NCBI GenBank assembly: GCA_051362555.1
Contig: CM120640.1
Coordinates: 53,484,788 to 53,548,787 of the forward strand
Direction of reading: 5' to 3'
DNA length: 64,000 nt
Source of the DNA: Lingula anatina
Taxonomy: Eukaryota; Animalia; Brachiopoda
The translations under genes and the position numbers were made by a program. Below the pieces are notes generated by a model, which was given only the letters and a program-made list of their open reading frames with translations, had not been told where the DNA came from and searched no databases. Of the stretch, positions 56,813 to 64,000 are shown one piece after another. The stretch's first letter is position 1. Every line of letters begins with the position of its first letter.

Positions 56813-58278
56813 AAAGTATGTTCATAACTTAAATCTGTTCTGTACATAAAAATACCAAGACTAACCACGTCCTGTACACGCAACTGACCTACTGATGATA
56901 AATATCAACTTAATCACTGGTTTATGCATAACAACAAATATATTATCTTGTGTGTACAACCAAGCCTTATGAGTAAACATCTGTGTTTTTCCCATACACA
57001 GATATAGTTTTAACATTACATGACAATAAAGAGGGAATAAGGTAGGCTCTACAAGGTAAATATTTTTTCTGTTTGTTTGCTCTCTACCTTTATACTGAGA
57101 TTAATTGAAAGGAAGTTTTCACACAGAAAACTATCATGTTCAATATCAAATATATTTTAAAACTGTAAATGAATATTTGGTAAGTCCTTGATGTGCTAAA
57201 TCTTGATTAGCAGGGTTCATGATTGCCCTGATCATGTGCTCTGGAAGAGTAGGTGTAAGTGATCATGAAGAGAATATACTTTTGCCATAAGCAGAAAGTT
57301 GTGACAAAACAATTTTTATAAACTAAGTATGGTTTTTAGCACAAATGATGTATAATACAAACATGACACCCATGTGCAATCAACTGCAACTATACACAAC
57401 ATCCATCACATCTGCACTGTGAAGTCACAAGTGGAAGATCTACTTCACATGCATATCAAACAGATTAGACATTTGATTCACGTGTTACCTACATGTGGCA
57501 GACTAAATATTATTTACAAGGGTTTAACTACTGGTAGATTGTGTACCATGGGAAAGTTACATATCGCTTAACAATGTTTAATATCAGTCTAAGGTATGAA
57601 ATTAAGATTCATATAACACAACTTTGAACTGCTGGAAACTATGGACAGGGAAACGATGGACAGGGAATCAGCCAACTAGTCGCGGAACTTCATTATCCGA
57701 CATCTCAACAATACACTCGAATCAAAAACCATTCACACAGAAGAATATGATTGAAAGGTGGTCTCATCAGAACAGAAACTACTGGCATAAATGTGTAAAC
57801 ACCTTTTTTTATATCACACTATATGTGGTGATCAGTGTCTGCTATTGGAAATAATTCATTTTGGGTGGGATACATTAACAATTTTCATTTGTACATGTAA
57901 CAAGTAATGCAATGCCACTCCCCTGTTGGACATACAGGACGGTATACTTTGCCTTTGCCGGTATACTATGCTATTGTGAGCAGTGTAAATATTAGGTAAA
58001 TAAATTAAATTGTTTACTCAACTCAAAGTAACATGTATTATGCTACTTGCTTAAACTGATAAAATAGAACAACTAGACAACATAGAAACTATGGTTTGTT
58101 AAGGCTGCCTTAGAGAAGATAAAACACCTTCTCAAACATTGCTGATGACATCAGTGAGTAATAAAGCTCTGTAATGATATTTACAAAGCACTCCATCTTC
58201 TTTTATCAGATAACAAAGACACTTTGGCAAGTCCCTATATTCAAGAATTACAAGCCAGTTAGAAAACGGTCACCCGCC

Positions 58279-60302
58279 ATGGCATCAGCAAGTTTCCATA
58301 CTCTTTTATTCCTTACCTTGCCTATGTTGGTGGCACTTCAAAAGGATTACACTAAGAAAGTTCTGCTCATCTCCATGGATGGATTTCGCTGGGATTACCT
58401 GAACATGGTGGATACCCCAAACTTTGACAAGATGGCCAGAGAAGGAGTCAAGGCACCTTATATCAATGTCCCCTTTGTCCCTAATACCTTTCCTAGTCAT
58501 TACAGCATTGCAACAGGTAAGGCTATTCAAAATGGACAAATATAAAACTTAATTCTTTTCAAACTATATTGGTTAAATTTTCTTATATTTGAATAATTCT
58601 AATTTGAAAAAAAAAGGTTATTTTTCAATATCATAGATAACTTCATATCTACCTATTATTTATGGCTAAGAATTTATCAGTTTCTCTCTTTATGTAAGTG
58701 AGTATAAGAATACAATGAGTGTAATACAACTGAACATCTTCTATCAAATATGTATACATTATTCATGATATTTTTTGTATTTTTTTTAGGTTTGTATGAT
58801 GAAAGCCATGGCATTGTTGGTAACAAGATGTACGACCCAGAGTTCGGTAAATATTTTTACATGTCATCTAAAGAGACAAGGTGGTGGAACGATGGAGAAC
58901 CCATCTGGATCACTGCAAGGAAGAACAATCTTACAAGTGCCACATTCTTCTGGCCTGGGAGTGAAGCAGAAGTGCAAGGTCTCAGACCTAACTTTTTCAA
59001 GGCTTATGATTCCAAAGTTCCTTTTAAGAGTAGGGTTACAACTGTGGTGGACTGGTTGACCTGTAAAAACATTGACATGGTGACCTTGTACTTCAATGAA
59101 CCAGATCACACTGGACATTATTCTGGAACAAATTCCACAAAACTCCTGGACATAATCAAGGATATGGATAAATTGCTTGGTTATATCATGGACCAGTTAC
59201 AAAGCAATGGACTGACCAACCAGGTTAATGTCATACTGACCAGTGACCATGGCATGGCGGAGAGAGATCCTGATAAGATCATCAATATTGGCCAATATGC
59301 TAATGCCACACTGGTCAGGGATGTGGTCAATATAGGGCCTGTCTGTACAATACTTCCTCAGGATGGCAAGACACAGGAGCTGTACAATGTCCTCAAAGAT
59401 GTTCACCCCAACATGACAGTATATCTAAAGCGTGATATCCCCGAATCATACCACTACAAGAACCACCGCCGCATCATGCCAATACTTGTCATCATGGACC
59501 TACCATGGGAGTGTGTTTATGTAAGCATTTTTTAAGGATTTGATCCAAACAACCAATCTTTAATTTCCTATTCTATTTTGTACCCTACTAGCTTGTGACC
59601 CTCAAGATATGTCTGGGCTTGTAATTTGTGTAAGATCCTTATGTTTAGACCCAAATGTTTTTTTAATATCACATTTTAAGCCACCATAACATAATATCAA
59701 GTGAATAGTGAAGGTGATTTTTTTCCTGAAAAACAAAAAAGTCAACAGCTTGGACCAAGCCATAGAAAAGAAAATCAACTTAACATCATTTCTTTATTGT
59801 TATGGTAATGATATAAATTTAAGTTAATTTTCTTTTCTATGGCTTGGTTAAGTTGAATAAAATGTACATAAATACTTAAATCTGCTGAAGTACTACATTA
59901 TGGAAGAATCTTTCTTCAAACTTCTTATCTGCTCTTCAATTTCAGAATCCAAAGCGTCCTTGGAATGCTCTAGCAACACATGGATGGAGCAATGAGCTGA
60001 TGTCAATGAAGCCCATCTTTTTGGCCAGAGGTCCTAACTTCAAGCACAACTACACTGCACAGCCATTCAACAGTGTCGACATCTATCCACTGATATGTGA
60101 ACTACTTGCAGTTCCCCCTGCACCAAATAATGGCAGCCTTAGTTCTGTACAGGGTTTCCTGCAGAATACAACACCAGTGGACCCCAATGCACCAACAATG
60201 AAGACCTGTCCTACCAGCAAAGCTGCTGGCATACAAGGGAATGAATTGTGGATTCTATCTTTAATACTTGTCAGCATGGTTAAACATAAGAATAATCCCT
60301 GA
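58279..60302 (+). CDS. ENPP4/5-like, copy B (~441 aa)
   Basis: Exons 58279-58516, 58790-59520, 59946-60302; GCCATGG start; DGFRWDY, PNTFPSHY, NEPDHTGH, SDHGM, ATHGW. Confidence 0.93.
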
Positions 60303-61539
60303 CCAGCAACCAATTTGAAGTTCTATTCTACGTGAAATTTCCATCAATTACAAGTAGTTTGATAGTAGTAAATGACAAAGTTTTTAACTTTAGACAAAGA
60401 TCGTGTTAGCAGAATATAAAGAATAAAAATCATTTTATCTTTCAGTAAAAAATAAATATAGCAGCATTCTTTAAGGAAATTATGATTCAATATTTTCATG
60501 CTATTGTCAACACATCTTTTAATTTTCATTTGCTTTTGCATGCATGCTACCTGTGATAACGAATACTTTGTAACAAAAGCATTTTCAATCACCAATAAAC
60601 AGATTTACCTACAAAATAGCAAAATTGTGATCTTATCTATTTATTACAATCATAATATTACCTGAAGGTATTGACTAAATAACAAAATATGCAACCAATA
60701 TGTATTCAGTATAAGGTGTAACTTGATGTCAACAAAAATCTTTTTAACAGTCATAAGGTAATGATTATCTTAATTCTTGTATAAAACAGTGCATTAATAA
60801 AGATGCAGATTTCCGAAAAAAAAAATGTATGTCTGCAATGCAAAAGTGGTGTTTGCCCTCTGCAAAAGATTCAGCACAGTGACTGAGCAAATGAGGACTT
60901 AGAAAAGGCACCAGACTTCACCCCATCCTACTAATTGATAAAACAGATAGAAGTAGTATAAAACGACACACCCATCAATAGCAATAGTCGTTTTATTCTG
61001 TGCTGCTTCCCAGTAATCATTCCGTAAGTATTTGTATAGATTTGTATAGTTGTTGTAAAATTGTTATGACTAGTGTAGAGAGCCTGTAAAATGTAACATG
61101 TACACATTTTAGTGCTCAAGATTTTTATTATTATTATTATTGTTATATCCCATATGCCATTATGACAACATGACAGTGCAAAGATTTCCTGTATTATGTA
61201 TTTGCTGCCAAGTCATCCATATAATCTTCTCATAAACTACTGGCAGATGTGAGTACCAGTCTCATACAACCATGGTCAGGGCTAAACATAAACCAGCCAG
61301 GGCCCCCTGGACAGTATGAATTGCTTTGCTTAGACCTCAAGTCTTGGTTTTATCACTGCTGTAGCCTCTAACAGGCACACTGATATGCATCGCACTGCAG
61401 CCAGAATACACTTTAGCAAAGTAAGCACAAGTGCCTTCCTTCCAGATGGTAATACTTAGCCTGAAAATACTAGTACTGAGCCTTTTTTCAATCCACTATA
61501 CTGTTAGGGTGAGACAGATCGAGAAACAACATAGAAATT

Positions 61540-63690
61540 ATGGATGTTTACCTAACTGCAAATATTGTCATCTTTATAATTTTTCTATATTCTGAGATGA
61601 GATTGGCACGAGCTGAATACACAGAAAAACTCCTTCTCCTCTCTTTTGATGGTTTTCGTTGGGACTATCTGGACAAAGTGGAAACGCCCTTCTTGGACTA
61701 CATTGCAGGGTGTGGGGCAAAGGCTCCTTACATCAATGGGACTTTTATTACTAAAACATTTCCCAGCCACTATACTATAGCAACAGGTAAGAAAATAAAA
61801 ACATTTGAAATATAAAATTTTATAAAGGTTTCTTTCTTGTATGGAAACTTGTTTACAATAAAAAAAAAACAAACTTCCATCTAATTCAAGATTTGAAACA
61901 TAGTCTGTAAGTGTTGCATATTGGTCATTATGGTCAGAATTTTCATACCTACTTTAGTCTGTACATGTAACGTTTTTCTGCAAAATTTCTGAAATAAATA
62001 CGAACCATAATGCGTTTACGTTTTACAAAACTTAATAAATTATTTCAAAGACACCAACCATTATGCTGTTTATAACTATTTTTTAGGGTTATATGAGGAA
62101 AGTCATGGCATTATTGGCAACACAATGTATGATCCAATATTTGATGAAGTATTTTCTATCAAGGCAAGAACAGGCAAGGAGGGGCGGTGGTGGGGTGGAG
62201 AACCAATATGGCTGACAGTAAAGAAGCAGCACAAAGTGAGTGGTACTTACTTCTGGCCTGGCAGTGATGTCAGCATTCAAAATGAAAATGCTAACATGTG
62301 GTTCAACTACAACCAAAACACCCCATATGAGGACAGAGTGAACAAAATGGTGAGCTGGTTTAAAGGAGAAGACAAAATTCAAGACAAACCAACATCTTTT
62401 AATTTTGTTGCCATGTACTACCATGAACCAGATTTTAGTGGTCACCAACATGGTCCAGACTCAGCTGAGGTGGAACAGGCAGTCAAGGATGTTGACAGGC
62501 TTATAGGATATCTTCTAAACAAACTGAGAGCCAATAATCTACTGGAAGTGGTTAATATCATAATTACCAGTGACCATGGGATGACTAAGATGAGTCAAGA
62601 CAAGATTATAACACTTACAGACTATGTCACCGTCTCTGATGTTGAGAGAGTGCCAGACCATGGTCCTATATGTAATATTCTACCCAACAAAAAAGACCAG
62701 GATGCTAAACAGAGGTTGTATAATCAGCTGAAGGATGCCCACCCTAATATGACTGTGTACTTGAAGGAAGACATTCCAGACATCTTTCATTATAAAAACA
62801 ATAGGAGAGTTATGCCTATCCTAGCAATAGCAGATGAAGGATGGGTCATCAGATGGGTAGGTCAAACTATGATGTCCTTAACACTCTTCAGTTCTTATTT
62901 ACAATGCTGATAAAGAATATAGTCTGGTATCATCAGTGATTTTTCTTTTACTTTCTACTGTAAAACATTTGTGTTACAATATAAATATAATTCATATTTG
63001 TAAGTATAATTTATATTTATATTAAATAATAACAAAGGCTATCTAACTACCATAGAACCATTTTATTGTAAAATTATAGTCTGTCCTGATCAAAATTTCT
63101 AAAACAACATTCGACCTTTCCAGAACCAGAGTTTCATGTTCCCAGGCAATGGTACCCATGGTTACGACAACAGGTATATGTCTATGAAACCCATATTCAT
63201 GGCCATGGGGCCCAACTTCAAAGAAGGAATTACTGTGAACCCATTCAAACAAGTGGATATCTACCCACTCATGTGTCAGTTGCTGAATGTACAGCCTGCA
63301 GCCAATAATGGCTCTCTGGCAAGTGTTTCCAGCATGCTTAGAAACACTCCAAGTGAAGTGCACTGGCCACCTTTGCCAAAATCTGAAGAAACTACAGCTC
63401 AACCAGACAATGACGGTAGTTCAGAAGTAAATCAACCACTACCTAGAACATCCAGTCCCATTGAAGTTGAACAGCCACCTTTGCCAAAATCTGAAGAAAC
63501 TACAGCTCAACCAGACATTGACAGTAGTTCAAAAGTAAATCAACCACTACCTAGAACATCCAGTCCCATTGAAGTTGAGCAGCCAATTTCTACTACCCCA
63601 ATGTCAAGCCAAGCACACACTCATGGACTACATCATGTGGACATACTGTTAAAATTTATGTGCTCTTTTTCTATTACTTTGTTGATATAG
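61540..63690 (+). CDS. ENPP4/5-like, copy C (~527 aa) with Pro/Ser/Thr-rich stalk
   Basis: Exons 61540-61786, 62087-62856, 63124-63690; SFDGFRWDY, TKTFPSHY, HEPDFSGH, SDHGM, GTHGYDN; hydrophobic C-terminus. Confidence 0.93.
63366..63585 (+). repeat. 108-bp (36-aa) coding tandem duplication in ENPP copy C
   Basis: PPLPKSEETTAQPD(N/I)D(G/S)SS(E/K)VNQPLPRTSSPIEVEQ twice; units start at 63366 and 63474. Confidence 0.95.
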
Positions 63691-64000
63691 TCAGAAGTCA
63701 TAGTGCCCAAATCAAATGTTTCTTTAGTAAGCTATTGAACTGTAAGCAAACATTATCTGTTTGGCAATGAATGTTATCTTAACAGTGTAAAGGACCTTCA
63801 TTGTTTCGATTTTTTCAGAGTCTGTGCAAGGCAATTTTACCCTTTGTAATTATGATATTTCTACCTTTTTGATATTTCTACCTGAAAAATGATATTTTAA
63901 ATGACCTGAAATGCTGAGAAATCTCTCAACATTAAGGTTTACTATACTGGATTTTCAAACCAAATCACTTTAAAAAGCTCAGTTCTAAATGAAACATGAT

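Overview
Eukaryotic, AT-rich, intron-rich genomic DNA from an invertebrate animal (lophotrochozoan/mollusc-like is my inference, not proven). I reconstructed spliced models by hand from GT-AG sites and frame continuity. In order: 3' part of a sushi/EGF/ephrin-receptor-like (SVEP1-like) extracellular protein (+), MOGS (+), ACTR1/centractin (-), SUFU (+, head-to-head with ACTR1), a BOD1/BOD1L-family protein (-), mitoferrin (+, head-to-head with BOD1L), the last coding exon of RAB28 (-), and three tandem ENPP4/5-like ectoenzymes (+) that appear to lie antisense inside the last RAB28 intron. Non-coding highlights: a young 935-bp foldback element (427-bp TIRs, 8-bp TSD) just after the SUFU exon-1 donor, a 2.77-kb Helentron-type non-autonomous element with a 146-bp satellite array showing higher-order structure, nested MITEs, and a ~400-bp (AG)n tract. 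No CRISPR, tRNA, rRNA or transposase ORF was recognised. I see no convincing wholly new molecular system; the best leads are the nested, gene-converting ENPP cluster, ancient microsynteny, the SUFU foldback and a candidate Cys-rich mitoferrin cassette exon.
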